This document shows positions 1-9,551 of a stretch of DNA of 64,000 nucleotides, piece by piece. Source of the stretch: Desulfovibrionaceae bacterium (GTDB lineage Bacteria; Desulfobacterota; Desulfovibrionia; Desulfovibrionales; Desulfovibrionaceae); the NCBI GenBank assembly GCA_022510785.1, contig JAFLSV010000009.1, forward strand, positions 2,973 through 66,972, in the 5' to 3' direction. The notes beneath the pieces are model-generated. The model was not told the DNA's origin and made no database searches. It was given only the letters and a program-made list of their open reading frames with translations. The stretch's first letter is position 1. Each line of letters opens with the position of its first letter. The position numbers and the translations under genes are program-made.

Positions 1-2
1 CG

Positions 3-524
3 GAGGCTCTTTGTCTGCCCGTATCGCGCGAGGGCTGGGCGGTGGCTGTGATCACCCTGTCCGACAAGGGTTTTGCGGGGCAGCGCCAGGATTTCAGCGG
101 CCCGGCCGTGCGGGACGCTCTGCGCGCCGCCCTGCCGCTCTGTCACGAGCAGGCCTTTGTGCTGCCCGACGAGCCGGCGGCTCTGCGGGCGCTGGCGCTG
201 GAACTGGCCGTGGGCCAGGGCTATGACCTGATTGTCAGCACCGGGGGCACGGGCCTTTCCCCCCGCGATCTGACGCCCGAAGCGCTGACGCCCGTGCTTG
301 ACCGGCGCGTTCCCGGCCTGGAACAGGCCATGATGCGGGCAAGCCTTTCCAAAACACCCCGCGCGGCCCTGTCCCGCGCCCTGGCCGGAACCGTGGGTTC
401 CTGCCTGGTGCTGGCCCTGCCGGGCAGCGCGCGGGCCGCCGCCGAAAACCTGGCCGCCGTTCTCCCCGCCCTGCCGCACGCTCTGGCGAAACTGGCCGGA
501 GACCCGGCCGACTGCGGGGGCTAG
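3..524 (+). CDS. MogA/MoaB-family molybdenum cofactor biosynthesis protein (5'-partial; frame open to window edge)
   Basis: Motifs VITLSDKG, STGGTGLSPRDLTPEA, VPGLEQAM, LPGSARAA match the MoaB/Mog molybdopterin-binding domain. Confidence 0.85.
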   Translation, partial: EALCLPVSREGWAVAVITLSDKGFAGQRQDFSGPAVRDALRAALPLCHEQAFVLPDEPAALRALALELAVGQGYDLIVSTGGTGLSPRDLTPEALTPVLDRRVPGLEQAMMRASLSKTPRAALSRALAGTVGSCLVLALPGSARAAAENLAAVLPALPHALAKLAGDPADCGG

Positions 525-581
525 GTCGCGCGCTCGGCGTCCGCGTCAGACGCCGCGTTTGGCGCGCCTTGCGCGGGCGCC

Positions 582-1499
582 TCAGATGCGGATGCTGTCC
601 CGGATATCCTCCAGCCGGTTGCGGGCAAAGAGCATATACGAAATGACAAGTTCACCGGAATTGAAGGCCGAGGTGATATACAGCGGGTTATAGTCGGCGA
701 TGCGATCCAGATAGCGCAGGGCCTCCTGCATATTGGCCTCGTTGTTTTTGGTGGCGATTTCCGGGTACAGGTCGTACAGGGCCTTGATGTAGTCCCGTAC
801 CACCAGCATGACGCCCTGGGCTTCGTAAATGCGGTTGTCCAGGGTATAGAAGGGCAGGTTCTGGCTGTTCTGAAGCAGCCCCAGCGCGTAGCCGAAAATG
901 GTTTCGCCCAGCACCAGGTTGAAGGCCGAATAGATATCGTCCGTGCGGCAATTGTACACGGCCTTGCCTTCACTGAGCTCGCGCTTGTACTGATCCACCA
1001 GCCTGAGGCCCTTTTCATAGGAGCCTTCCGCCGAAGGGAAGAACAGAATGCCCCAGCGCCGGGGACTGATGGCAAAGCAGTTGAGGCGGGCGTTGTACAG
1101 GCTGTCGTTTTCGCGGTCGTTGTTGCCCAGTTTGGCGATGACCGTGGAATAGTGATCCATCAGCATCTTGGTGGCCACATAGGTGCCGAACTGGCGATAG
1201 GCCCGGTTGTCCAGCACATACTTGTTGAACAGAATGTCGTTGGCGCTCCACCCGAAGGTGGAGCCGAGCTCGTAGCGCATCCGGGCGGTGAGCGCGTCGA
1301 TGAGCTGCGCGCCCTTGTCCGTATCGCTCATGCCCTCGCTGACCGTCACCTCATAGGGTCTGGGGAAGGTGACGGGATCGATGAAGGCGTAAATTTTCTG
1401 TGATCCCCAGACCGCGAACAGAATGGCGAGGAACAGGATACCCTGTATGGACAGGGTTTTGCCCGCAATGACAAGATGATGTTTGTCGGGTTTGAACAT
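582..1499 (-). CDS. DUF2333-like membrane-anchored protein
   Basis: 305-aa ORF with an N-terminal hydrophobic segment; FGWSANDI, DNRAYRQFG and DNRIYEAQG motifs recalled from DUF2333. Confidence 0.65.
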   Translation of the reverse strand: MFKPDKHHLVIAGKTLSIQGILFLAILFAVWGSQKIYAFIDPVTFPRPYEVTVSEGMSDTDKGAQLIDALTARMRYELGSTFGWSANDILFNKYVLDNRAYRQFGTYVATKMLMDHYSTVIAKLGNNDRENDSLYNARLNCFAISPRRWGILFFPSAEGSYEKGLRLVDQYKRELSEGKAVYNCRTDDIYSAFNLVLGETIFGYALGLLQNSQNLPFYTLDNRIYEAQGVMLVVRDYIKALYDLYPEIATKNNEANMQEALRYLDRIADYNPLYITSAFNSGELVISYMLFARNRLEDIRDSIRI

Positions 1500-1518
1500 G
1501 GCTTTCCCTCATTTCTCC

Positions 1519-2784
1519 TCAATCCCACTGGCGTTTGTCTTCAATGGGCTTGATCTGCGGGGGCATGGAACCCGGGGTCAGGATGCGCAGTTCAGGCCGC
1601 AGCTTGATGCGCTCGCGGAAGAGATAGAGCAGTTCTTCCTCGCGCTTGAAGTTTGTGGCCTCGATGTACAGAACCATTTCGTCCACGCCGCCGGGGTTGG
1701 TGACTTCAATCTGCCAGCGCTTGATGTCCTCAAAGCGGGCCATGACCTGTTCCACCTGATGCGGGTACACGAACATGCCCTTGATGCGGGCCGTGGTGTC
1801 CACCCGGCCCACAATGCTGCCCAGGCGCGGACTGGTGCGGCCGCAGGCGCAGGGGCTGCGGTCAATGTACGACAGGTCGCCGGTGGCCAGGCGGATCAGG
1901 GGATAGGTTTTGTTGAAGGCCGTCACCACCACTTCGCCCACTTCGCCGTCCTTGAGCGGAATACCGGTATCCGGATGGCAGATTTCCACATAGCAGCGGT
2001 TGGAGATGTGAAGGCCGTTTTTCTGGAAACATTCGTAGCCGATGCAGCCCACATCCGCCGTGCCGTAGCCCTGGCGCATGATGATATCGTACTTTTTTTC
2101 CATCTGGTTGCGGATTTTTTCCGACAGGCGCTCGCTGGTGACAAAGGCCACTTCAAGGAACAAATCCTTGCGCAGATTGAGGCCCTTTTCTTCGGCCTTC
2201 TGGGCCAGGTGCATGAGAAAGCTGGGGGTGCCCACATAGCCCGACACGCGCAGTTTCTGCATGATGTCAAGCTGGGTGGTGGCGTCGGACTGTCCGGCCG
2301 GAATGGTGGCGCAGCCGAGGTTGCGCAGGGGTTCTTCAAACATCAGGCCCGCCGGAGCCAGATGATAGTTAAAGGTGACCTGCACGGCGTCGCCTGGGCG
2401 GAAGCCCACGGCATAGAAGCCTTCGGTATAGCCCCAGTAGTCTTCATGGCGATCTTCGGGGTCAAAAATGGGGCCGGGTGACAGGAAGACGCGGCGCAGT
2501 TCGCCGATGTCCTTGGTCAGCAGCCCGCCCAGACGCGGCCCCATGGTCTGCAAAAAAATGAGCTCCTTTTTTTTCAGGATGGGGATGTGCTTGATGTCCG
2601 TCAGCGACTTGAATTTTTCCACGCTGAACTGGGCGCGGTCAAAGCGTTTTTTGACATCTTCGGAATAGCGGTAGGCATAGGACAGCAAATCCTTGAGCTG
2701 AATCAGGTTGTACTGCCGGCGTTCGCTTTCATCCAGCACTTCGCGGCGGCTGTAAATGCCTTCCGTGCGGTCTTTGCGGGTCAT
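1519..2784 (-). CDS. Phenylacetate-CoA ligase (PaaK)-family adenylate-forming enzyme
   Basis: SPGPIFDPE, GYVGTPSFL, QGYGTADVG, YPLIRLATGD, GRVDTTARIKGMFVYP; start placed at ATG 2784 behind GGAG. Confidence 0.85.
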   Translation of the reverse strand: MTRKDRTEGIYSRREVLDESERRQYNLIQLKDLLSYAYRYSEDVKKRFDRAQFSVEKFKSLTDIKHIPILKKKELIFLQTMGPRLGGLLTKDIGELRRVFLSPGPIFDPEDRHEDYWGYTEGFYAVGFRPGDAVQVTFNYHLAPAGLMFEEPLRNLGCATIPAGQSDATTQLDIMQKLRVSGYVGTPSFLMHLAQKAEEKGLNLRKDLFLEVAFVTSERLSEKIRNQMEKKYDIIMRQGYGTADVGCIGYECFQKNGLHISNRCYVEICHPDTGIPLKDGEVGEVVVTAFNKTYPLIRLATGDLSYIDRSPCACGRTSPRLGSIVGRVDTTARIKGMFVYPHQVEQVMARFEDIKRWQIEVTNPGGVDEMVLYIEATNFKREEELLYLFRERIKLRPELRILTPGSMPPQIKPIEDKRQWD

Positions 2785-2996
2785 GGAGGGCTCCCGTGGT
2801 GTGTTCGGCGTGGTGAAAAATATATACATAGCCACGCGCCGTCCATTTAGCAAGGATTATTTTTTATCCTGAATAAATTGAACATGTTAAATACGCCCTG
2901 GACAGAGATGCCCCGGGGGCGCTCCGGCTGGGCGCGGTTTTGGGCGCAAGACCGGGCGGCGGGCGGGGCGCGGGATCGTGCCGGGGCGGGCCGTGT

Positions 2997-3025
2997 TGGA
3001 CAAGTGGCGCTGGCCGGGCTATACA
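2997..3025 (+). promoter_or_regulatory. Putative sigma70 promoter of der
   Basis: TGGACA-N17-TATACA about 140 bp upstream of der. Confidence 0.45.
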
Positions 3026-3166
3026 GGCAAAGGGACGCCGTGACGGCGCTGCCGGGTGATCACGCTTCCCGGAGCCGGGCCGGAGTCCCGCGCCAGCCGC
3101 GCGTTTTTTTGCGGAACAATCCCGGCCCGCGCGCATGTTCCCAAGCCTGCACGCCCAAGGTTGTCT

Positions 3167-4663
3167 ATGATGCTGCCCAAAGTCCTTTTGCTGGGACGGC
3201 CCAACGTGGGCAAGTCCACCCTGTTTAATCGCCTTATCCGCAGCCGGCGCGCCATTACCCATGACCGGCCCGGGGTCACGCGGGATCGCATGGAAGGCGT
3301 GGTGGGCGCCCGTTCCCAACGCCCCTTCATTCTGGTGGACACCGGCGGAATCACCCTGGACGGGCATCATGCCGTGGTTGAAGGCCCGCAGGGCATACGC
3401 GGTTTTGAGGCCGACATCCTGCGCCAGGCCGAAGCCGCCCTGGCCGAGGCCGGCGTGGTGTGCCTGGTGGTGGACGGCCGGGACGGGCTTACCCCCTTTG
3501 ACGAGCATCTGGCCTCGCATCTGCGCCGTTTTGGCACGCTGTCGCTTTTGGTGGTCAACAAGGTGGACGGCGCGGAACGCGAGGACGAGCTGACGGCGGA
3601 ATTTCACCGCCTGGGCCTTCCGCTGCTGGCGGTTTCGGCCGAGCACGGCTACAATATCCGGGCGCTGGAGGAGGAAATACGGATCCGCCTGCCCGGCGGG
3701 CCCGGCGAATCCGGGGGTGAATCCGGCGGTGAGGACGAAACCGGTGCGGCGGAGGAGGGGCCATGCCATGCCGGGAGCGCGCGGGAGGATGAGGCCGAAG
3801 CCCGGCCCGTGCGGTGCCCCCGCCCCGCCGGCCCGCTCAAGCTCTGCCTGCTGGGGCGGCCCAACGCGGGCAAGTCGTCTCTGGTCAACGCCTACGCCGG
3901 TGAAGAGCGCATGATCGTCAGCGAGGTGGCGGGCACCACCCGGGACAGCGTGGATATTCCGGTCACACGGAAGGGGCGGGACTATATTTTTGTAGACACG
4001 GCCGGGGTGCGCCGCCGGGCGCGCATCACCGATACGGTGGAGCGTTTTTCGGTCAATTCGGCGCTGAAAAGCACCACCAAGGCCCATGTCACCCTGCTGG
4101 CCCTGGACGCCGCCCAGCCCCTGACCGCCCAGGACAAGCGCCTGATAGAGCTGCTGGACGAGCGGAAAACGCCGTTCCTGGTGGTGCTGACCAAGATCGA
4201 TCTGGTGCCCGCGGGCACGCGGGCGGCGCTCAAGCGGCGCTTTGCCGAGGAATTGTCCTTCTGCTCCCATGTGCCGGTGCTGACAGCCTCGTCCCGCAGC
4301 GGCGAGGGACTCCAGGCCCTGCTGGACATGGCCGACCGCATCCGGTCGGAGTGCGCCGTGCGGGTCAGCACGGGCCAGCTCAACCGGGCCATGGAGGAAG
4401 CCTTGGCCCGCCACCAGGCCCCGGTGGTACGCCGGGTGCGCCCCAAGTTCTTCTACCTCACCCAGGCCGAAAGCGAGCCGCCCACCTTTGTGTTTTTTGT
4501 CAATGACGCCGAACGGGTGGCCGAGTCCTACGTCCGCTATCTGGAAAAATCCCTGCGCCGTATCTTCGGCATCCGGCACGCGCCCATGCGGGTGCGTCTG
4601 CGCTCTTCCCACGGCGCGCGGGGCGGGGCCGCCAGGGCGCCGCGCGCTTCTGAAGGCGGGTAG
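3167..4663 (+). CDS. der: Ribosome biogenesis GTPase Der (EngA)
   Basis: Two tandem GTPase domains (GRPNVGKS/DTGG/NKVD and GRPNAGKS/DTAG) plus KH-like C-terminus (PPTFVFF); start at ATG 3167 or 3170. Confidence 0.97.
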   Translation: MMLPKVLLLGRPNVGKSTLFNRLIRSRRAITHDRPGVTRDRMEGVVGARSQRPFILVDTGGITLDGHHAVVEGPQGIRGFEADILRQAEAALAEAGVVCLVVDGRDGLTPFDEHLASHLRRFGTLSLLVVNKVDGAEREDELTAEFHRLGLPLLAVSAEHGYNIRALEEEIRIRLPGGPGESGGESGGEDETGAAEEGPCHAGSAREDEAEARPVRCPRPAGPLKLCLLGRPNAGKSSLVNAYAGEERMIVSEVAGTTRDSVDIPVTRKGRDYIFVDTAGVRRRARITDTVERFSVNSALKSTTKAHVTLLALDAAQPLTAQDKRLIELLDERKTPFLVVLTKIDLVPAGTRAALKRRFAEELSFCSHVPVLTASSRSGEGLQALLDMADRIRSECAVRVSTGQLNRAMEEALARHQAPVVRRVRPKFFYLTQAESEPPTFVFFVNDAERVAESYVRYLEKSLRRIFGIRHAPMRVRLRSSHGARGGAARAPRASEGG

Positions 4664-4749
4664 ATCTACCGCTTGCCGCGCAGGAACTCATGGACGAAAA
4701 AGGCGGCTCCCGCCTATGCTCAAGGAAAAGCATTCGGGAGTTATGCGCC

Positions 4750-5445
4750 ATGAGTACACTTGTTGTCGTCGCCTATCCGACACAGTACAAGGCAGAGGAA
4801 GTGCGTCTTCAGCTTTTGAAGATGCAGAAGGACTATCTCGTCGATCTGGAAGACGCGGCCATCGCGGTCAAGCAGGACAACGGCAAGGTCAAGCTGCACC
4901 AGCTTTACAGCCTGACCGGGGCCGGCGCCGTCAGCGGCGGCTTCTGGGGCCTGCTCATCGGTCTCATCTTTCTCAATCCCCTGCTGGGCGCGGCCGTGGG
5001 CGCGGGGGCCGGCGCCGTGTCCGGCGCGTTGAGTGATGTGGGCATCAATGATGCGTTTATGAAGGATCTGGCCGACCAGATGCAGCCGGGACACTCCGTG
5101 CTCTTCGTCCTGTTCCGCAGTCTCACCCTGGACAAGGCCCTGGACGAGTTGCGCGGCACCGGCGGCACCGTGATCCAGACCTCGCTGTCCCATGAGGATG
5201 AAAGCCGCCTGCGCGCGGCCCTTGACAGCCGGACTCTGCCGGGCGTGGCGGACATGGGGGCCGGAGCTTCCGGAGCCCGTCAGGCCGGCGCCGGCCAGTT
5301 TGTGCTTGATCCCCGCGCCACGCCTGCGGAAAGCCTGCGCCAGAGCGAGGCCGCGCGGGAACAGGCGGCGGATATGGCCGGCATGCCCTATGACGCTCCG
5401 GCCGCCCGGCCGCTGGAAGATCCCCTGCCGCGTCAGAAGATCTGA
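4750..5445 (+). CDS. DUF1269-family membrane protein with C-terminal extension
   Basis: LEDAAIAVK..GKVKLHQ, glycine zipper GAVSGGFWGLLIGLIFLNPLLGAAVGAGAGA, SDVGINDAF; start at MSTLVVVAY. Confidence 0.8.
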   Translation: MSTLVVVAYPTQYKAEEVRLQLLKMQKDYLVDLEDAAIAVKQDNGKVKLHQLYSLTGAGAVSGGFWGLLIGLIFLNPLLGAAVGAGAGAVSGALSDVGINDAFMKDLADQMQPGHSVLFVLFRSLTLDKALDELRGTGGTVIQTSLSHEDESRLRAALDSRTLPGVADMGAGASGARQAGAGQFVLDPRATPAESLRQSEAAREQAADMAGMPYDAPAARPLEDPLPRQKI

Positions 5446-5462
5446 ACCTTCACCAGGATCGT

Positions 5463-5589
5463 GCGCTCCGCCCGCATCCCGGGCGGAGCGCCGCCTGCCC
5501 CTCCGGCTGCCTGGCCGGAGAGGTCACGCCCGATCCCAGCGGGGATCGCCGCTGCTCCGGCACCCATCCCCCCGGGGGGGATGGGTGCC
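5463..5589. repeat. Cluster of four consecutive GC-rich inverted repeats
   Basis: Arms of 11 bp (5463-5491), 7 bp (5501-5520), 7 bp (5531-5548) and 15 bp (5559-5589). Confidence 0.8.
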
Positions 5590-5855
5590 ATTTTCCGCTG
5601 ATCAGGGCGGGGAATGCCGCTCCGGCGGTTTCCGGGTCTCCGTGGCGTTTCTTCCCGGCGCGTGTCATGCGCCCTGTTCCGGTATCATCCGGTGTGCCCG
5701 CGCCTTTCCTCCCGGCGCGCGCGTCATGCGGCTGCCGCGCTTTCGTGCGGAGACATTCGCCCTTTTGAGGAATACAGGAAAGTTTTTCCTGGAAATTCAA
5801 GAAATTGGGAACGTATTTTCCTTGAAATGGTGAATGTTTCTTCGCGCAAACGGGC

Positions 5856-5884
5856 TTGCCAAAAAAAGGCTTTTCCCGTATCGA
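5856..5884 (+). promoter_or_regulatory. Putative sigma70 promoter of the glycan island
   Basis: TTGCCA-N17-TATCGA about 325 bp upstream of the first island gene. Confidence 0.4.
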
Positions 5885-6208
5885 ATGGGGGAGCATTACC
5901 GGACAGCGCGTCTGTCTCTATGGCTTAAGGCGGCATGGCCGCTGGAAGCCAGCGCAAGGGGGCTCTCCAGGACAGCCTGGGCTGCGGAAATTGTGTGGAA
6001 CCGTGAACGGGCCAACGCGCAAAACTCCTGCATACGGCTCATGCCACAGATGATCGCCGGCGTGGGAGATTTTCCATAAACACGCACGATTTGTACATGG
6101 AGTGTATCCCGCTCCCAAGCGCTGGTACATTGTATTATGAATACTGGCAGACACTCCTGGCGGATCGAAAAAGCTGATGGTCATGACCAATAAGATGATA
6201 ACCCTGTC

Positions 6209-8482
6209 GTGAAATTTTCCTATGCTGATAATGGAGATATGGTCATGCAAAATAATTTACTGAATATGCCTGGAACAATAAATGTTTTTTCAAAACTGGA
6301 TGATATAGAAAGTATTTCTGGTTTAAATATTGCGGTTATGGTTCATATATCTTGTGAAAATATGATAGAAAAAATCTTCTCGTCTTTACAAAATATTCCA
6401 TATCAATTTGATCTTCTTATTTCATGTGTTGATAATATTGCGGAAAAAATTGAAGAGAAACAAAAATTATTTTCCTTATCAATAAACAAAATAATCATAA
6501 GGACTGTAGAGGCCAGGGGTGCTGATATTTTACCATGGCTCACAGCATTTAGTGATATACATTTAAAATATGATATTGTCCTGAAATTTCAACTAAAAAA
6601 ACACCATTGGCTTGATGATGAAATCAACTCCAGATGGAATGCATTGTTGCTGGAGGCCATGGCCGCTTCTCCCGGCTATGTTTCAAAAATTCTTAAGTTG
6701 TTTGATGAAGAAAAAAAATTGGGTATGGTGTTCCATCCCGTGCCGCCCCTGTTCCATAGGGCCGATCCTTGCGGCCATCAGGGAGCATGCGGGGACAGAC
6801 AACTCCGGGAAGAATGGTTTCAGAGGCTCGGCATCAGGCCGCCTGAAGAACATTCCGCCCCGGCCTGTCCCGCGGGAATATTCTGGTATCGTCCCCAGGC
6901 CTTGCATGCGCTTTTGAATTATCCCCTGGAGCCCCATGAGTTTCCTCCTGATCCGTTTTCATCCACAGGAACCCTTGTGCAAGGCCTGGAACAGGCCATT
7001 CCCTATATCGCTCAAGCCCATGGCTATTACTATAAACTGGTGATCCCGGAAGATCTTTTAATAGAAATCTTGTATAAATATAATGTGCTGTTTGAGCATA
7101 TGAATGAAAAAAAAGAACCAATGGAAACCATGGCGGATAAAGCGGTATGTGATCCGTGCAAGGACTGGAGCCCCGCTAAGCGCAGGTTTGCGCCTCTCCT
7201 GGCATGCTTGCCAAGCGTTTTTTTTCCTACAACCGTGGCGGGCGCCCTTTATCTTTCTGGAAAAAAGGAAAAAGCTGTCAAACTGTTGCAGAAAAGAAAA
7301 AAGCGTTCCGTCCGTATAGATCATCTTATGTATAGAATTGAAAATGATATTTATAATACAAAAATTGATATTCAACAGCCTGTTGCGGAAGAAGCTTTGC
7401 CTTCTGATACATCGCAAACAGCAATACATGCTATTGCTTACTATTTGCCACAGTTTCATGCTTTTCCTGAAAATGATGCATGGTGGGGAAAGGGATTCAC
7501 CGAATGGACTAATGTAACACGCGCATATCCCATGTTTAAAGGACATATTCAACCAAAAGTGCCAGGGCTGCTGGGATATTATAATCTTTCTGATATCAGT
7601 ATAATGCAGCGCCAGGCCGATATGGCCAGGCAGTTTGGGATTAAGGGGTTTTGTTTTTATTATTACTATTTCAATGGCAAGCGATTAATGGAAAAGCCAT
7701 TGGACAATTTAATAAATCACCCTGAAGTTGATATGCCATTTTGCTTGTGTTGGGCAAATGAAAACTGGACAAGAAAATGGGATGGAAAAGACCATGATGT
7801 ATTAATTAAACAAGAATACTCTCCGGATGATGATGTTTGTTTTATAAAAAGTGTTATTCCATATTTTAATGATAAAAGATATATAAGAATTTATGGAAAA
7901 CCAATATTACTTATTTATAATGTAAAGCAGATTCCAGATATTCGCGCAACGGTTGAGCGCTGGAGAAAAACGCTTAAAAAAGAAGGGCTTGATGCCTATC
8001 TTGTAATGGTTCATTTTCACGGGCCACATGATCCGCGTCAATATGGGTTTGATGCGGCGGCTGAGTTTCGTCCCCATGAGTTAACGTGTCCGTCTTTGCC
8101 CCGTGATTTAATTCCAAATCTTAATGCATGCTTTGATGGCAGGATACAGGATTATAGCAGAATACCTGAATTAAATCCTCCCAGGCCCGAAAAATATACA
8201 TTATTCCGTGGAGTATGCGTCAATTTTGATAATACACCACGCTGCGGGTTTAAGGGCGGGCTTTATGTTAATAATTCACCGCGAACATATGAAACATGGC
8301 TTGATAAAATTTGTGATTTTACATATAGGAATATGCCTCCTGATGAACGCTATATTTTTATAAACGCATGGAATGAATGGGCTGAGGGCGCAGTTCTGGA
8401 ACCGGACAAAGCATGGGGCTTTGGTTACTTAAATGCTACCTCCCGGGTTTTGAGCAAATACAAAATTGTCTCACCGACATGA
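6209..8482 (+). CDS. RgpF-like domain fused to a WbsX-family (GH99-like) domain
   Basis: C-terminal half has WbsX hallmarks AYYLPQFH..ENDAWWGKGFTEWTNV, FCLCWANENWTR, INAWNEWAEGAVLEPD; N-terminal half is RgpF-like. Start uncertain (GTG 6209 or a downstream ATG). Confidence 0.85.
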   Translation: MKFSYADNGDMVMQNNLLNMPGTINVFSKLDDIESISGLNIAVMVHISCENMIEKIFSSLQNIPYQFDLLISCVDNIAEKIEEKQKLFSLSINKIIIRTVEARGADILPWLTAFSDIHLKYDIVLKFQLKKHHWLDDEINSRWNALLLEAMAASPGYVSKILKLFDEEKKLGMVFHPVPPLFHRADPCGHQGACGDRQLREEWFQRLGIRPPEEHSAPACPAGIFWYRPQALHALLNYPLEPHEFPPDPFSSTGTLVQGLEQAIPYIAQAHGYYYKLVIPEDLLIEILYKYNVLFEHMNEKKEPMETMADKAVCDPCKDWSPAKRRFAPLLACLPSVFFPTTVAGALYLSGKKEKAVKLLQKRKKRSVRIDHLMYRIENDIYNTKIDIQQPVAEEALPSDTSQTAIHAIAYYLPQFHAFPENDAWWGKGFTEWTNVTRAYPMFKGHIQPKVPGLLGYYNLSDISIMQRQADMARQFGIKGFCFYYYYFNGKRLMEKPLDNLINHPEVDMPFCLCWANENWTRKWDGKDHDVLIKQEYSPDDDVCFIKSVIPYFNDKRYIRIYGKPILLIYNVKQIPDIRATVERWRKTLKKEGLDAYLVMVHFHGPHDPRQYGFDAAAEFRPHELTCPSLPRDLIPNLNACFDGRIQDYSRIPELNPPRPEKYTLFRGVCVNFDNTPRCGFKGGLYVNNSPRTYETWLDKICDFTYRNMPPDERYIFINAWNEWAEGAVLEPDKAWGFGYLNATSRVLSKYKIVSPT

Positions 8483-8649
8483 GGTGTTTTATACAATAGT
8501 TGAGATCATCTGGAACCAAAAATTACTCTAGGCGGAAGCAAGTGCCTGTTACAAAAAGTTGTCGGAGATGTCAGCATGCGGATATAGAATCACATGCGCG
8601 GGCTATGTCAGAATGTTGAGACTATTTTACCCATATTTTGAGGAACATC

Positions 8650-9204
8650 ATGAACTTTATTAGTACAGAAATCAAAGATGTTTATATCATAAAACCTCAT
8701 ATTTTTGAAGATAAGCGCGGCTATTTTTTTGAAAGTTACAACAGATCCGAATTTGAAAAAGCCGGCATCTCTTACAATTTTATTCAGGATAATGAGTCCC
8801 GATCTTTGTATGGCACTATCCGGGGGCTGCATTTCCAAAAAGGCGAGCACTCCCAGGCAAAGCTTGTGCGCGTTGTTGAAGGCATGGTGCTCGATGTCGC
8901 CGTGGATTTGCGCAAGGGATCGCCGACCTATGGCAAACATGTGGCCGTGGAACTGTCCGCTGAAAATAAGTATCAGCTTCTCATTCCACGGGGCTTTGCC
9001 CATGGTTTTTCGGTGTTGAGCGAAACAGCGGTCTTTATCTATAAATGTGATAACCTGTACTGCCAGGCGTCGGAAGGCGGTATTCGCTTCGACGATCCCA
9101 CGCTGGCCATCGACTGGCGTATTCCCGCAAAACGGGCCCTTACGTCGGAAAAAGACAGGCTGCTTCCGTCTTTTTTGGAGTTTGAGTCATGTTTTCATTT
9201 CTAG
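8650..9204 (+). CDS. rfbC: dTDP-4-dehydrorhamnose 3,5-epimerase
   Basis: DKRGYFFESY, QDNES, RGLHFQ, QAKLVRV, DVAVDLRKGSPTYG, GFAHGF, YKCDN. Confidence 0.96.
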   Translation: MNFISTEIKDVYIIKPHIFEDKRGYFFESYNRSEFEKAGISYNFIQDNESRSLYGTIRGLHFQKGEHSQAKLVRVVEGMVLDVAVDLRKGSPTYGKHVAVELSAENKYQLLIPRGFAHGFSVLSETAVFIYKCDNLYCQASEGGIRFDDPTLAIDWRIPAKRALTSEKDRLLPSFLEFESCFHF

Positions 9205-9551
9205 AGGAAAAATTCATCGTTCCATATCCTGGTGATTGTTCAGGCAGGGCTTGCGCGCTTTTTAGCGTGCGGCGCGTCCTCTGCCGGCAGGTAACGGCGA
9301 AGTGCGCCATTCATTGATGTCATCCATCCGCTCGGAACCATTAATGGCATGCCTGCCTGTTTTTATTGACCATGCTTCGCCTGCTTCCGGTGTTGTACTA
9401 TGGAAGCATTTCTCTGTGCCCCGGGCGCACACAGGTATCCGGTTTCAGAACTTGAAAACAGTATTGGAATAATTTCAAATTGATATACCAAAAAAACAAT
9501 GAAGCATATCACTCTGCATGAAAAAAGGACTCGCCTGGAGGAAAAGGTGCT

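Noticed and set aside
5985-6079. Resemblance to a c-di-GMP-I/GEMM riboswitch (GCGCAAAAC)
   Set aside because: It lacks the GG(C/U)A(A/C)A..GNRA..G(A/U)CGCAAAG arrangement and the CUAA element; kept only as a generic structured leader.
5834-6079. 81-aa ORF upstream of the glycan island
   Set aside because: It overlaps the candidate promoter, has no clear RBS and no recognisable motif.
8527-8545. ops/JUMPstart-like GGCGGAAGC before rmlC
   Set aside because: It differs from the ops core GGCGGTAGCGTG and the JUMPstart flanks are missing.
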